A stretch of 64,000 bases of DNA from Minisyncoccia bacterium (GCA_049304015.1 JBAQNS010000009.1:3228-67227), one strand, 5' to 3'; positions 47,808-58,268 are shown, counted from the stretch's first letter. The notes: generated from the letters alone by a model not told the origin. A program made the numbers and translations.

Positions 47808-49583
47808 TTATGAAAGTTTAGGGAGAAAAACTCTTTGGGTAAAAAGTTTAAGTGCAGTTTGTCTAAATCCTGAATCCCAAAATACACTCTTTCCATCAAC
47901 AAGTTCGGAATGTTCAGTATGCAATCCGCCGGAGGGAGGTAAAAATTTCTTGTACCCCTTGTGCATCAGTCTGTATTGCAAGGTGTCTCTTTCAAGTTCC
48001 TCTAAGAAAACTCTTCGTGCAGGCAATCCATAAATTTCACCATTATTGTAAAAATATTGAGTCAAAAGTTTTTCGTGCAAATCTTTTATCACTTGTTTGT
48101 CTCCATCCCAAACTGCTCCAAACAAAACATGGGTCCAGTAACTTTCTCCTACGAATGGTTCTGGTTTATCAAAATCATGAACCTTTAATCCAATTGGTGC
48201 TTCCTCTAACCAAAACTCTATAGTGTCTCCATGAGCATATTTTTGAGGAAGCTTTGACTTGAGTAACTCCTTAACTCTCTCCTTATCCTCCAATTTAATT
48301 TCAGGTTTAACAAAAATAGCCAAATCTAAGTCAGAATTTGATGTCCCATAGCCCTTAAGTTTTGAGCCAAAATACAATGCCACAGGGTATAAATACTGTG
48401 CCAGCTCTGCATCATTTTCGATTATTGAGGTAATATTATTCATAATTTCTTGATCATTATTAGCCTCAGTCAAATTTTTTGAAAACGGTCCTGATAGGGA
48501 AGTGAGTTTTAGACCAAGACTCAAAAATACAGCTTCATCCAAAATATTTAATTTGTTTAATCTATAGAAAAGAGTTGAAAGTTCATCTACAGTCTCTGGA
48601 GTTTTTTTATCCCAAAGTGACATTATGATATCCTCATATTTTTTGTATATTTTTATAGCTTCATCTTGATTTACTGCTGTTGTTGACTCTATGGCATCTC
48701 GGATACCAATAACCAAGGCGAGTTTGTCATCACTAGTTACGACCTTTTCATCCTCTAGTACTAGTTTTGCTATATCACGGGCTTTTGATTCTGTATCCCT
48801 TCTCTTTCTTTCACTACTTAACCAAGCAGTGCGTCCTTCTGTGACTATTTCTGGTTCTTCAATTTCAATTCTAGCTTCAGAAACATTAATTTGCCCCAAG
48901 TATTTATCCTCCACAAGTCCCAGGTCGACCGCTACAGTGAGTGCTTCATATGCATTTTGTCTAAAGACGTCATCATCACTTTCACTGATTAAGTTTAAAA
49001 CTTTATCTACACTAATTAATTCCTTTTCTATTAATTTAGGGATTAAGTGCGCAGCCTTTACCACTCTGGGCAAATCACTTTCTCTTAATTCTACTTCTAA
49101 TACATCTCCATCAACAAAATTTGCTCGGACATCATGTATATCTAAGCATGCTTCCCATGCATTCATGTATGTTGCTCTAAATTTTTCTGCAGCTTGTGAC
49201 AGTTCACTATCAGGAGCACCTAAATTTACACTCGGTAAATATTCGAATGGCACATAAAGCAAAGCTCTTTTATAATCTGGGTTTTCAAGTAAATGACTCA
49301 ATGATTCAAACAAATCTATAACCTGCTTCTCACTCAGCTGGCCTTCATTTAGTGCCAGTTCTAACTCAATATTAGGTTTTCGCATATTAGAAATCACAGC
49401 TTCAACACTTTCAATTATTTTTTTGCGTTCTTCTATTTGTTTAATGAATACCTCATTGTCCAAAATCTTTTCTGGCCAAACATTCGACTGATTAGTTGAA
49501 TCAAGTAGTGATTCAACTGCAGGTACGGTAAATTGTCTTTTCTCTGCTGATTCTTCGTTTAGATTTGTGCCCTCTCTATACAT
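47808..49583 (-). CDS. Pol-beta-superfamily nucleotidyltransferase domain protein with large N-terminal helical region
   Basis: C-terminal GS...D.D motif (FGSKLKGYGTSNSDLDLAIFV); 591 aa. The true start is probably downstream of 49583 because of the divergent overlap with ychF. Confidence 0.5.
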   Translation of the reverse strand: MYREGTNLNEESAEKRQFTVPAVESLLDSTNQSNVWPEKILDNEVFIKQIEERKKIIESVEAVISNMRKPNIELELALNEGQLSEKQVIDLFESLSHLLENPDYKRALLYVPFEYLPSVNLGAPDSELSQAAEKFRATYMNAWEACLDIHDVRANFVDGDVLEVELRESDLPRVVKAAHLIPKLIEKELISVDKVLNLISESDDDVFRQNAYEALTVAVDLGLVEDKYLGQINVSEARIEIEEPEIVTEGRTAWLSSERKRRDTESKARDIAKLVLEDEKVVTSDDKLALVIGIRDAIESTTAVNQDEAIKIYKKYEDIIMSLWDKKTPETVDELSTLFYRLNKLNILDEAVFLSLGLKLTSLSGPFSKNLTEANNDQEIMNNITSIIENDAELAQYLYPVALYFGSKLKGYGTSNSDLDLAIFVKPEIKLEDKERVKELLKSKLPQKYAHGDTIEFWLEEAPIGLKVHDFDKPEPFVGESYWTHVLFGAVWDGDKQVIKDLHEKLLTQYFYNNGEIYGLPARRVFLEELERDTLQYRLMHKGYKKFLPPSGGLHTEHSELVDGKSVFWDSGFRQTALKLFTQRVFLPKLS

Positions 49584-49611
49584 AAGGCCATTATATGGCT
49601 ATTATTTGGGT

Positions 49612-50427
49612 ATGTCACTTTCTATAGGTATTGTCGGACTACCAAATGTGGGCAAATCAACGCTTTTTAATGCATTGACCAAGAAATCTGTGCCCGCGGA
49701 GAATTATCCCTTCTGCACCATTGACCCATCAGTGGGTATTGTGCCTGTACCAGATGAACGCCTTACAAAACTTGCAGAAATGAGTAAATCAAAAAAAGTT
49801 ATCCCTGCTGTCGTTGAATTCGTAGATATTGCCGGTTTAGTTAAAGGAGCGTCAGAGGGTGCAGGATTAGGGAATAAATTTCTCTCTCATATAAGAGAAG
49901 TAGATGCCATTATCCAAGTAGTTCGAATCTTTGAAGATAAAGATATTATTCATGTCCACGACAAGGTTGACCCACTTTTTGATATAGAAATAATAAATAT
50001 GGAGCTAGTAGCAGCAAACATAAATAAACCAATTCTTTATGTGATAAATACTTCAGAAGCCTCAGAGAATCATAGAGAAGTACTTTCGAAGATACCTGGA
50101 CCTTATATAGAGATAGATCCAATCTTTGGGACTGGTTTAGAGAATCTTATTAAAGCTGGATATGATTTATTGGATTTAATTACTTTCTTCACTACTGGAG
50201 AAAAGGAGTCTAGGGCTTGGACTACAAAGAGAAACTCAACAGCACCTGAAGCAGGCAGGGCCATTCATAATGATTTTAAAGAGAAGTTTATTAGAGCCGA
50301 GGTTATAGAGAATGAGAAGCTACTTGAAGCTGGTTCATATGCTGCAGCCAGAGCCAAAGGTTGGGTTAGGACAGAAGGTAAGGAATATATTGTGAAGGAT
50401 GGGGATGTGGTAGAATTCCTTATATGA
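49612..50427 (+). CDS. ychF: Ribosome-binding ATPase YchF (short form without helical insertion)
   Basis: GIVGLPNVGKSTLFNALT G1 motif and a C-terminal TGS domain (AWTTKRNSTAPEAGRAIHNDFKEKFIRAEV...DGDVVEF). Confidence 0.85.
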   Translation: MSLSIGIVGLPNVGKSTLFNALTKKSVPAENYPFCTIDPSVGIVPVPDERLTKLAEMSKSKKVIPAVVEFVDIAGLVKGASEGAGLGNKFLSHIREVDAIIQVVRIFEDKDIIHVHDKVDPLFDIEIINMELVAANINKPILYVINTSEASENHREVLSKIPGPYIEIDPIFGTGLENLIKAGYDLLDLITFFTTGEKESRAWTTKRNSTAPEAGRAIHNDFKEKFIRAEVIENEKLLEAGSYAAARAKGWVRTEGKEYIVKDGDVVEFLI

Positions 50428-50954
50428 ACAATCAATCAAAAATACTTAGGTGGACAGTTATTATTGGCATAGTGATAGTCCTTAATATGTTTTTTAACTA
50501 CGCTCTTTCACTTGTTTATAAAGAGCCTGATTTTAATGTTTTTTGTCCAAATACAACTCAGGTAGTTGAAGCTAATACAAAAGATTTGTGTGTCTCTAAA
50601 GGTGGTCAATGGAACCAAAATACTGCCTATGCTCCACAAAAAATGGAAGCTAGCGGTTATTGCGACCTTCAATTTACCTGCAGAAATGACTATGATGTAG
50701 CCAGAAAGAATTATGACAGGAATGTTTTTGTTACTTTAGTTATCCTTGGAGCACTTTGTGTATTATTAGGTAATTATTTAAAAGGCAATCTTGTATTAGG
50801 ACAATCACTATCAATCGCTGGAGTACTGTCTTTCATTATTGCTTCAGTCAGATATTGGTCATCTGCAGATAACCTTATTAAAGTAATCATTCTAGCCATT
50901 GCTCTGGGTATACTAATCTGGATAGCAATGAAGAAATTTAAAGATTCAATCTAA
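50424..50954 (+). CDS. Hypothetical membrane protein with Cys-containing extracytoplasmic segment
   Basis: Three hydrophobic helices and four Cys in the loop (FCPNTT...CVSKGG...GYCDLQFTCRNDYD). Confidence 0.5.
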   Translation: MNNQSKILRWTVIIGIVIVLNMFFNYALSLVYKEPDFNVFCPNTTQVVEANTKDLCVSKGGQWNQNTAYAPQKMEASGYCDLQFTCRNDYDVARKNYDRNVFVTLVILGALCVLLGNYLKGNLVLGQSLSIAGVLSFIIASVRYWSSADNLIKVIILAIALGILIWIAMKKFKDSI

Positions 50955-53194
50955 TGCAGGATTACGATCCAAAACAAATAGAACCTAAATGGCAAAAATT
51001 TTGGGAAGAAAACAATGCAGGTAAAGCCGAAGAAGACTCAAACAAGCCCAGATACTATTGTCTAGTAGAGTTTCCTTATCCCTCTGGAGACGGGCTCCAC
51101 GTTGGTCATGTTAGGAGCTACTCGGCCCTCGATGCCTTGGCCCGTAAACGCCGTATGGAAGGCTACAACGTCCTTTATCCAATAGGATGGGATGCTTTCG
51201 GACTACCCACAGAAAACTACGCTATCAAGACAGGCAAGGACCCAAAAATTGTTACCAAGGAGAATACAGATGTTTTTAGAAGGCAATTAAAGGCACTGGG
51301 ACTTTCATTCGATTGGTCAAGAGAAATAAATACCACCGATCCAAAATACTATAAGTGGACTCAGTGGTTATTCCTTCAATTCCTAAAACATGATCTTGCA
51401 TATAAAGCCAAGATTGCCATCAATTGGTGCCCAAAGGACAAAATTGGTTTAGCCAACGAAGAAGTAGTGAATGGTTGTTGTGAGAGATGTGGCACAAAAG
51501 TGGAGAAGAGAGACAAGGAACAATGGATGCTCGCCATAACCAAATACGCGGATAGGTTAGATAAAGATTTAGAGACAGTTGATTTTCCTGAGAGAGTTAA
51601 ATTGAGTCAAAAAAATTGGATAGGTAAGTCGGAAGGATCCGAAATTGTTTTCAATGGAGATAAAGAAATAAAAGTTTTTACCACTCGTCCAGACACTATT
51701 TTTGGTGCCACCTTCCTTGCTATTGCTCCAGAAATTTCAAAGAAATTAATAGGGGATGATTTTGGTGTAGTGTTAGATACAGATAGAGAAAACAAAGAAA
51801 AGATAGGTGTTAATACTGGACTCGTAGTCAAAAATCCCGCCAATGGTGAAGAAATACCAGTTTGGGTAGTGAATTATGTCTCAGCAGATTATGGGACGGG
51901 CGCCATTATGGGAGTGCCTGCAGATGATGAGAGAGATATGGAGTTTGCAGAAAAATATAAACTACCAATTATTAAAGATTATAAGAAGGCAGGTTTTGAG
52001 GATTTTGGGCAAAAAGTCACAAGATTTAAACTCAGAGATTGGGTCTTTAGTAGGCAAAGATATTGGGGGGAACCTATACCAGTGATTCATTGTGCCAAAT
52101 GTGGCACAGTGCCTGTACCAGAGGAGAACTTGCCAGTTTTATTACCGGATGTAGCCAAATATGAACCCACAGACAACGGCGAATCACCTCTAGCCTCTAT
52201 AGATTCTTGGGTAAATACAAAGTGTCCAAAATGCGGAGATGAAGCGAAACGAGAAACAGATACCATGCCAAACTGGGCTGGTTCAAGCTGGTACTTTATG
52301 CGCTATACAGATCCAAATAATGACAAAGTTTTTGCTTCAAAAGAAAGATTAGAACATTGGATGCCAGTAGATTGGTACAACGGAGGTATGGAGCACACCA
52401 CCCTTCATCTTCTCTATTCTCGTTTTTGGAATAAGTTTTTGTTTGATATTGGTTTGGTACCTACAAGTGAACCATACAAAAAGAGAACCTCTCATGGATT
52501 GGTTTTAGGTGAAGGCGGAGAAAAAATGAGTAAGTCTATTGGTAATGTTATTAACCCAGATGACATCATAAGTCGTTTTGGAGCGGATACATTGCGTTTG
52601 TACGAGATGTTCATGGGTCCATTTGAGCAGGCTATTGCCTGGAACGAAAGTTCGCTGGTTGGACCAAGAAGATTTATAGAGAAAGTATGGAAACTTAAAG
52701 ATAAAATTGATTCTAGTATTGTAGAAATATTTCCTGAAGATGAGATATTGATGAACCAAACTATAAAAAAAATATCAGATGACCTAGAAAATGTCGGTTT
52801 TAATACTGCCATCTCTAGTTTAATGATTTATACAAATGCTCTAGAAAAACGTGCTTCTATTTCTAAGATTGAGTACGAAACACTGCTTCTATTATTAGCG
52901 CCCTTTGCCCCACATGTATGTGAGGAGTTGAATTTTAAAATTAACAACTCAAATTCAATTTTTGAAAAAGAATGGCCAAAATACGATGAGAACAAGCTCA
53001 CAAATAGGGAAGTAACGCTTGGAATTCAAATAAATGGCAAGCTTAGATCTACTATAAAGGTTCATATTGACATTTTTGATGAGGAATTGAAGAAAAAAGT
53101 TTTAGAGCAAGAAGAAGTCAAAAAATGGCTTAACCACAACGAGATAAGAAAAATTATCATTGTTGCTGGCAAAATTGTCAATATCGTGATATAA
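50954..53194 (+). CDS. leuS: Leucine--tRNA ligase
   Basis: HVGH (HIGH) and KMSKS motifs, with LeuRS-specific blocks (PYPSGDGLHVGH, GWDAFGLPTEN). Confidence 0.95.
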   Translation: MQDYDPKQIEPKWQKFWEENNAGKAEEDSNKPRYYCLVEFPYPSGDGLHVGHVRSYSALDALARKRRMEGYNVLYPIGWDAFGLPTENYAIKTGKDPKIVTKENTDVFRRQLKALGLSFDWSREINTTDPKYYKWTQWLFLQFLKHDLAYKAKIAINWCPKDKIGLANEEVVNGCCERCGTKVEKRDKEQWMLAITKYADRLDKDLETVDFPERVKLSQKNWIGKSEGSEIVFNGDKEIKVFTTRPDTIFGATFLAIAPEISKKLIGDDFGVVLDTDRENKEKIGVNTGLVVKNPANGEEIPVWVVNYVSADYGTGAIMGVPADDERDMEFAEKYKLPIIKDYKKAGFEDFGQKVTRFKLRDWVFSRQRYWGEPIPVIHCAKCGTVPVPEENLPVLLPDVAKYEPTDNGESPLASIDSWVNTKCPKCGDEAKRETDTMPNWAGSSWYFMRYTDPNNDKVFASKERLEHWMPVDWYNGGMEHTTLHLLYSRFWNKFLFDIGLVPTSEPYKKRTSHGLVLGEGGEKMSKSIGNVINPDDIISRFGADTLRLYEMFMGPFEQAIAWNESSLVGPRRFIEKVWKLKDKIDSSIVEIFPEDEILMNQTIKKISDDLENVGFNTAISSLMIYTNALEKRASISKIEYETLLLLLAPFAPHVCEELNFKINNSNSIFEKEWPKYDENKLTNREVTLGIQINGKLRSTIKVHIDIFDEELKKKVLEQEEVKKWLNHNEIRKIIIVAGKIVNIVI

Positions 53195-53220
53195 TAGTTT
53201 CTATAAGTAATAACAATGGT

Positions 53221-54303
53221 TTGACAGATATCGGGCCAAGTGATACAAATAGACTTTATAAACATATGAGTGAAAAAATTATTTTAAGCTTTAAACCAAA
53301 ACAAGTGACCAAGTCGCTTCTTTCTGGGCTTACTAAGCGAGGTAAGGATGTCATTGAATCAAGATACGGACTTGGTGCAAAGGCTACAAAAATGACTCTT
53401 GATGCCATAGGCAAAAAATACGGTATTACTAGAGAGAGAGTCAGACAAATTGAGAATCACTCCTTGGCTGCTATTCGTAAATCTAAATCATATAAAGATT
53501 CTCAAGCATCATTTACTGAATTAAAGGAAGTCATATTGGGTTTGGGTGGTATTGTGTCAGAAAAAGATTTATTGACTCATCTATCCAAAGACTCAACAAC
53601 TCAGAATCATCTAAATTTTATTTTAGTAATTGGAGACGAATTTAAGAAAGAAAAGGAGGACGATGAATTCAAACATCGATGGCATGTAGATTCTGAGCTT
53701 TCAAAAAAGATTCAAAATGCGATTAGAAAACTTTACTCCAAACTTTCTGATGATGAATTAGTAGTAGAAGGTGATCTCATTAACAATTTTTTGGATGAAG
53801 TTAAGGATATTAATGAAAAGTATAAAAATGAGGAAGTTATTAAGAGATGGCTTTCTATTTCCCATAAAATAGGGAAAAACCCACTGGGTGAATGGGGTAA
53901 GACTACTTCTCCTAATGTAAATGCAAAGGGTATGAGAGATTATGCTTTTCTTGTTATTAGAAAGCATGGTTCACCTATTCACTTTAAGGAGGTGGCCAAG
54001 GCTATCTCTCAATATTTTGACAAGAAAGCGCATGTTGCTACCACCCACAATGAACTTATAAAGGACCCAAGATTTGTACTAGTTGGTCGTGGATTATACG
54101 CCCTTGCAGAATGGGGTTATATGTCAGGAGTGGTTAAGGATGTTATCAAGAAAATACTCGAAAAGGATGGGCCGCTCAGCAAAGACAAAATTATAGAGAA
54201 AGTGCTCAAAGAAAGATATGTAAAGGAAAACACTATTATGGTGAATCTTCAAAATTCGAAATTCTTCAGAAAAGACAAAGAAGGAAAATACTCTATTGCT
54301 TAG
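53221..54303 (+). CDS. DNA-binding protein: sigma-70 region-4-like HTH plus C-terminal HARE-HTH domain
   Basis: ESRYGL...TLDAIGKKYGITRERVRQIENHSLAAIRK (sigma region 4 type) and a C-terminal ...SPIHFKEVAKAI...FVLVGRGLYALAEWGY (HARE-HTH signature). Confidence 0.55.
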   Translation: MTDIGPSDTNRLYKHMSEKIILSFKPKQVTKSLLSGLTKRGKDVIESRYGLGAKATKMTLDAIGKKYGITRERVRQIENHSLAAIRKSKSYKDSQASFTELKEVILGLGGIVSEKDLLTHLSKDSTTQNHLNFILVIGDEFKKEKEDDEFKHRWHVDSELSKKIQNAIRKLYSKLSDDELVVEGDLINNFLDEVKDINEKYKNEEVIKRWLSISHKIGKNPLGEWGKTTSPNVNAKGMRDYAFLVIRKHGSPIHFKEVAKAISQYFDKKAHVATTHNELIKDPRFVLVGRGLYALAEWGYMSGVVKDVIKKILEKDGPLSKDKIIEKVLKERYVKENTIMVNLQNSKFFRKDKEGKYSIA

Positions 54304-54337
54304 TGCTTTTTGCTCTCAGGTTGTGTAAAATATAAAT

Positions 54338-55543
54338 ATGTTAATGACATCTGTTTCTCTGTTGAAACTATATGCTCCTATTTGGGTGCCGCTATTATTT
54401 CTTTTGGTTTGGTTTGATCTTTGGATGAATTATAAAAGAAGAGAATACATCAAGGCTCAAGGTGGCATTGTCCTTGAGATAAAGATACCGAGGGAAATTC
54501 TAAAATCTCCTGTCTCTATGGAAATATTTATGAATACCCTACACCAGACAAGTGTTGGTAGCCTTGTTGATGTTTATTATAAGGGGCGCCTTCGTCCTTG
54601 GTTCTCGCTTGAGATCGCATCAATAGGCGGCCACGTACATTTTTACATTTGGACTCCTCCAAAGTTCAAAACAATTATTGAATCTCAACTCTATGCACAG
54701 TTCCCAAATATAGAAGTTCATGAGACAAAGGATTATGCCTTGGACGTTCACCATAATCCAGAGAAGCTTTCATTTGGATGGATTGGACAATTCGCCCTTA
54801 CTAAAGCAGATGCATATCCTATTAGGTCCTATATTGAATATGGGCTAGACAAAGATCCAGAGGAAGAATACAAAAATGATCCAATAGTCCCAACACTAGA
54901 ATTTCTTGGTTCTTTAAAGAAAGGTGAACAAGCTTGGATACAAATATTGGTCCAAGGACACACCAAAGAGGGAATCAAATATGGACGACTTTCATTAAAG
55001 CCAGATTGGACTGCTGGTGTTAAAAAGGAAATAGAAGAAATAGTTAAGAAGGGAACAATGAAGGCTGCTGATGAAAAGAAAATTAGCTATTTAAATTTAT
55101 CTGAAGCTCAAAAAGATACTATAAAAGCAATAGAAAGAACTCTTTCTAAACCAGCTTTTGATACTATGATTAGAGCGGCTTACATTGCAGAAAAAGATGT
55201 TTTTAATGCCAACAATATTGGTGGATTACTTGGTAGCTTTAAACAATTTGGTTCCAATAGTTTAAATGGTTTTAAACCAGGATTTAATGCTGGCTATGAC
55301 TATCCATGGCAAGATTTTAAGGGTATTAGAAAAAAGAGAAACGAAATTAAGCTACTTGAGGCTTATAAAAGACGTTCTTTCTTTAATGCACCGTTCAAGC
55401 ATTTTCATGGCAAACCATTCATACTAACCTCAGAAGAGTTAGCAACTATTTGGCACTTCCCAAGCTCTATTGTAGCCGCCACTCCAACTCTTGTTCGCCT
55501 TCCTTCTAAGAAAGGCGAAGCTCCTTCAAACTTACCAATGTAG
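54338..55543 (+). CDS. Hypothetical protein with N-terminal TM helix
   Basis: 401-aa ORF with tight operon spacing; no domain recognised. Confidence 0.5.
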   Translation: MLMTSVSLLKLYAPIWVPLLFLLVWFDLWMNYKRREYIKAQGGIVLEIKIPREILKSPVSMEIFMNTLHQTSVGSLVDVYYKGRLRPWFSLEIASIGGHVHFYIWTPPKFKTIIESQLYAQFPNIEVHETKDYALDVHHNPEKLSFGWIGQFALTKADAYPIRSYIEYGLDKDPEEEYKNDPIVPTLEFLGSLKKGEQAWIQILVQGHTKEGIKYGRLSLKPDWTAGVKKEIEEIVKKGTMKAADEKKISYLNLSEAQKDTIKAIERTLSKPAFDTMIRAAYIAEKDVFNANNIGGLLGSFKQFGSNSLNGFKPGFNAGYDYPWQDFKGIRKKRNEIKLLEAYKRRSFFNAPFKHFHGKPFILTSEELATIWHFPSSIVAATPTLVRLPSKKGEAPSNLPM

Positions 55544-56490
55544 TGTCTATGGAGAATCCCTTTCAATCTTTGGCAGAGAAATTCTTGATTTGGCTTGATA
55601 ATAGTATCAAAGAATTTAATCTAAAGAAGAAGCAGAATTTTATTTTTGTAGGTCTTTTTTTAGTTAGCCTTGTTTATTATTTTTTTATAAGCCCTCCTAG
55701 CAACTTTCCAACAAAAAATATTATTAACATTAAAGAAGGTTCTGGTTTATACTCACTCTCAATTAGTTTAGAAAAAGAAGGCATTGTTCGTTCAGCTATA
55801 AGTTTTAGAACATTGGCAATCATTTTGGGTGGAGAAAAAGATATGAAGGCTGGAGACTACTATCTACGGACACCACAGAGTTCTTTGACCTTAGCTTGGA
55901 GAATATTGAACGGTGAAAGAGATATTGAGAAAGCAAGAATTACTATTCCAGAGGGATTTACTAAACAAGAAATATCAAAATTATTTTCGAATAAATTTTC
56001 TAAATTTGACCACGAGACTTTTATACAAAAGGCCAATGAAGGTTATTTATTTCCTGATACATATTTTATAGAAATCAGTGCTACAGCCACTTCTACAGTA
56101 GATTTACTAAATAATAATTTTAATAGAAGAATTGCCCCATTGCAGAGTGATATAAACAAATCTAAACACACCTTAAATGAAATAATCATTATGGCTTCAA
56201 TACTAGAAGCAGAAGCAAAATTACCAGAAGAAATGTCTATGGCCTCAGGTATTTTATGGAAGAGAATTTCTATAGGTATGCCCTTGCAAGTTGACTCTGA
56301 CATGAGTACTTATAAAGTACCCGGATTACCTAAGGAACCAATTAATAATCCAGGCTTAAACGCCATAAGCGCCGCTCTTTATCCGAAGAGTTCACAATAT
56401 CTGTATTTCTTGACTGACAAGCTTGGTGTAATGCATTATGCAAGGACATTTGATGAACACAAAGCAAATAAAGCCAAATATCTCAGGTAA
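55543..56490 (+). CDS. mltG: Endolytic murein transglycosylase MltG/YceG-like
   Basis: N-terminal TM helix and YceG blocks (IPEGFT, FPDTYF, EAE, VPGLP...GLNAISAALYP). Confidence 0.8.
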   Translation: MSMENPFQSLAEKFLIWLDNSIKEFNLKKKQNFIFVGLFLVSLVYYFFISPPSNFPTKNIINIKEGSGLYSLSISLEKEGIVRSAISFRTLAIILGGEKDMKAGDYYLRTPQSSLTLAWRILNGERDIEKARITIPEGFTKQEISKLFSNKFSKFDHETFIQKANEGYLFPDTYFIEISATATSTVDLLNNNFNRRIAPLQSDINKSKHTLNEIIIMASILEAEAKLPEEMSMASGILWKRISIGMPLQVDSDMSTYKVPGLPKEPINNPGLNAISAALYPKSSQYLYFLTDKLGVMHYARTFDEHKANKAKYLR

Positions 56491-57526
56491 AAAAGTTTTT
56501 GTAGGGCTTTCTGGAGGAGTAGACAGCGCTGTTTCTGCAGCCCTATTAAAAGAACAAGGTTTTGATGTTACTGGAGTCTTCATAAAGGTATGGTCACCTG
56601 ATTTTTTACCTTGCACCTGGAGAGATGAGAGAAGAGATGCAATGCGTGCGGCCGCACAACTGGATATTCCTTTTTTATTTTTTGACTTTGAGAAGGAATA
56701 TAAAAAGGAGGTAGCAGATTATATGGTGAACGAATATAAAGAAGGACGAATACCTAATCCTGATGTGATGTGCAACAAAGAAATTAAATTTGGAATATTT
56801 TGGAAAAAGGCTGAAGAATTGGGTGTGAATTTCATAGCCACAGGTCATTATGCTCAAAACATAGAAGGTAAATTATTTGAAAGTGTTGATAAGGAGAAAG
56901 ATCAAAGTTATTTCCTCTGGACTTTAACCAAAAACGATTTGAAACATATTATTTTTCCTGTGGGTAATTTAAACAAAAAAGAAGTAAGAAGATTAGCGGA
57001 GAAATACAAACTTTCTGTTTCAACAAAAAAAGATAGCCAAGGAATATGTTTTTTGGGTGAGATAAGTTTAGAGGAATTTCTCCCTCATTTTATTCAAGTT
57101 AGACCAGGAAATGTTTTAGACACTCAAGGCAATATAATAGGCACTCATAAAGGAGCAATATACTTTACTCTAGGAGAGAGACACGGTTTTGATGTGACCA
57201 CAAAAGGTCCTGACAATAAGGCCTATTATGTTGTATCAAAAAATATGAATGACAACACTATTACTGTCTCAAACGATGAGAAAGTGATTTCAGAACTTTC
57301 GGCAAAAAAGGTTTTATTGAAAGAGATAAATTTTAATGGAGAAACCAAAGCCCAAAACTTACTCGCAAGGGTAAGATACAGAGGCGAAAAGATTCAAGTT
57401 AAGTTTAATGATGATAAAGTTGAATTTATATCTCGAATAAATGGAGTGGCAGTTGGTCAATCACTCGTACTTTATGATGGAGATTTTTGTGTGGGAGGTG
57501 GAATTATTGATGAGATTATAGAATAA
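56453..57526 (+). CDS. mnmA: tRNA-specific 2-thiouridylase MnmA
   Basis: PP-loop motif VGLSGGVDSAV, the catalytic Cys region and a C-terminal beta-barrel. Confidence 0.9.
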   Translation: MNTKQIKPNISGKKVFVGLSGGVDSAVSAALLKEQGFDVTGVFIKVWSPDFLPCTWRDERRDAMRAAAQLDIPFLFFDFEKEYKKEVADYMVNEYKEGRIPNPDVMCNKEIKFGIFWKKAEELGVNFIATGHYAQNIEGKLFESVDKEKDQSYFLWTLTKNDLKHIIFPVGNLNKKEVRRLAEKYKLSVSTKKDSQGICFLGEISLEEFLPHFIQVRPGNVLDTQGNIIGTHKGAIYFTLGERHGFDVTTKGPDNKAYYVVSKNMNDNTITVSNDEKVISELSAKKVLLKEINFNGETKAQNLLARVRYRGEKIQVKFNDDKVEFISRINGVAVGQSLVLYDGDFCVGGGIIDEIIE

Positions 57527-57551
57527 ATAAGAACTGGGCTATAATTTTCTT

Positions 57552-58268
57552 ATGAATCAAAATAATACAGAAAGAGAAATTATTATTCAGAAAGCAAATG
57601 GTGACAAGGAGCCATTTGATATGAACAAACTTCGTTCATCATTATTTAGAGCAGGAGCTACAGAAGACACAATAGAGAAGGTAGTCAGTCATGTGAGAAC
57701 AGAGCTTAAGGATAATATGACTACTGGTGATATATATAAATATGCTTTTAATATTCTACACAGAATAGAAAGTCATGTGGCTAAAAGATACTCCATCAGG
57801 AGATTGGTTATGAGTCTTGGACCTTCTGGTTTTCCATTTGAGAAATTTGTTGCCAGATTACTTGAAGCTAAGGGTTATAGCACTCTCACTGATCAGACTA
57901 TTTTAGGTAGTTGTGTAGCTCATGAGGTGGATGTGGTGGCTTGGAACAAAGAAAAGTTAATTATGTGTGAAGCAAAGTACCACAATGAATTAGGTACTAA
58001 ATCAGATTTGAAAGTAGCTTTATATGTAAAGGCTCGTTTTGATGACATTAAAGAGGCGGGTACTGTTTTTGATTATGGAGGTAAAAAACGAGTCTTAGAT
58101 GAGGGCTGGCTTATTACTAATACAAAATTTTCTTCTACGGCCATTCATTATGGTGAATGCAAGAACCTAATTATGATAGGATGGAATTATCCAGAAGTTG
58201 GTAATTTGCAAGATATGATAGAAGAAACTGGCATTTTAGATACATTAGAAGTTCCTCATAATATATAA
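57552..58268 (+). CDS. ATP-cone domain fused to Mrr-like (PD-(D/E)xK) restriction endonuclease domain
   Basis: N-terminal ATP-cone pattern (IIIQKANGDKEPFDMNKLRSSLFRAGA...) and a C-terminal FVARLLEAKGY...HEVDVVAW...IMCEAKYH (D...E.K nuclease core). Confidence 0.6.
   Translation: MNQNNTEREIIIQKANGDKEPFDMNKLRSSLFRAGATEDTIEKVVSHVRTELKDNMTTGDIYKYAFNILHRIESHVAKRYSIRRLVMSLGPSGFPFEKFVARLLEAKGYSTLTDQTILGSCVAHEVDVVAWNKEKLIMCEAKYHNELGTKSDLKVALYVKARFDDIKEAGTVFDYGGKKRVLDEGWLITNTKFSSTAIHYGECKNLIMIGWNYPEVGNLQDMIEETGILDTLEVPHNI

Noticed and set aside
46883-47902. 339-aa minus-strand ORF (and several others of 80-180 aa on both strands between 43.2 and 47.7 kb)
   Set aside because: They lie antisense to or out of frame with the high-GC island genes. 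Long spurious ORFs are expected in about 57% GC DNA. The sense-strand ORFs carry recognisable domains (vWA MIDAS, PurA motifs, HeH) and strong GC3 bias, while the antisense translations are Arg/Ser/Ala-rich low-complexity sequences.
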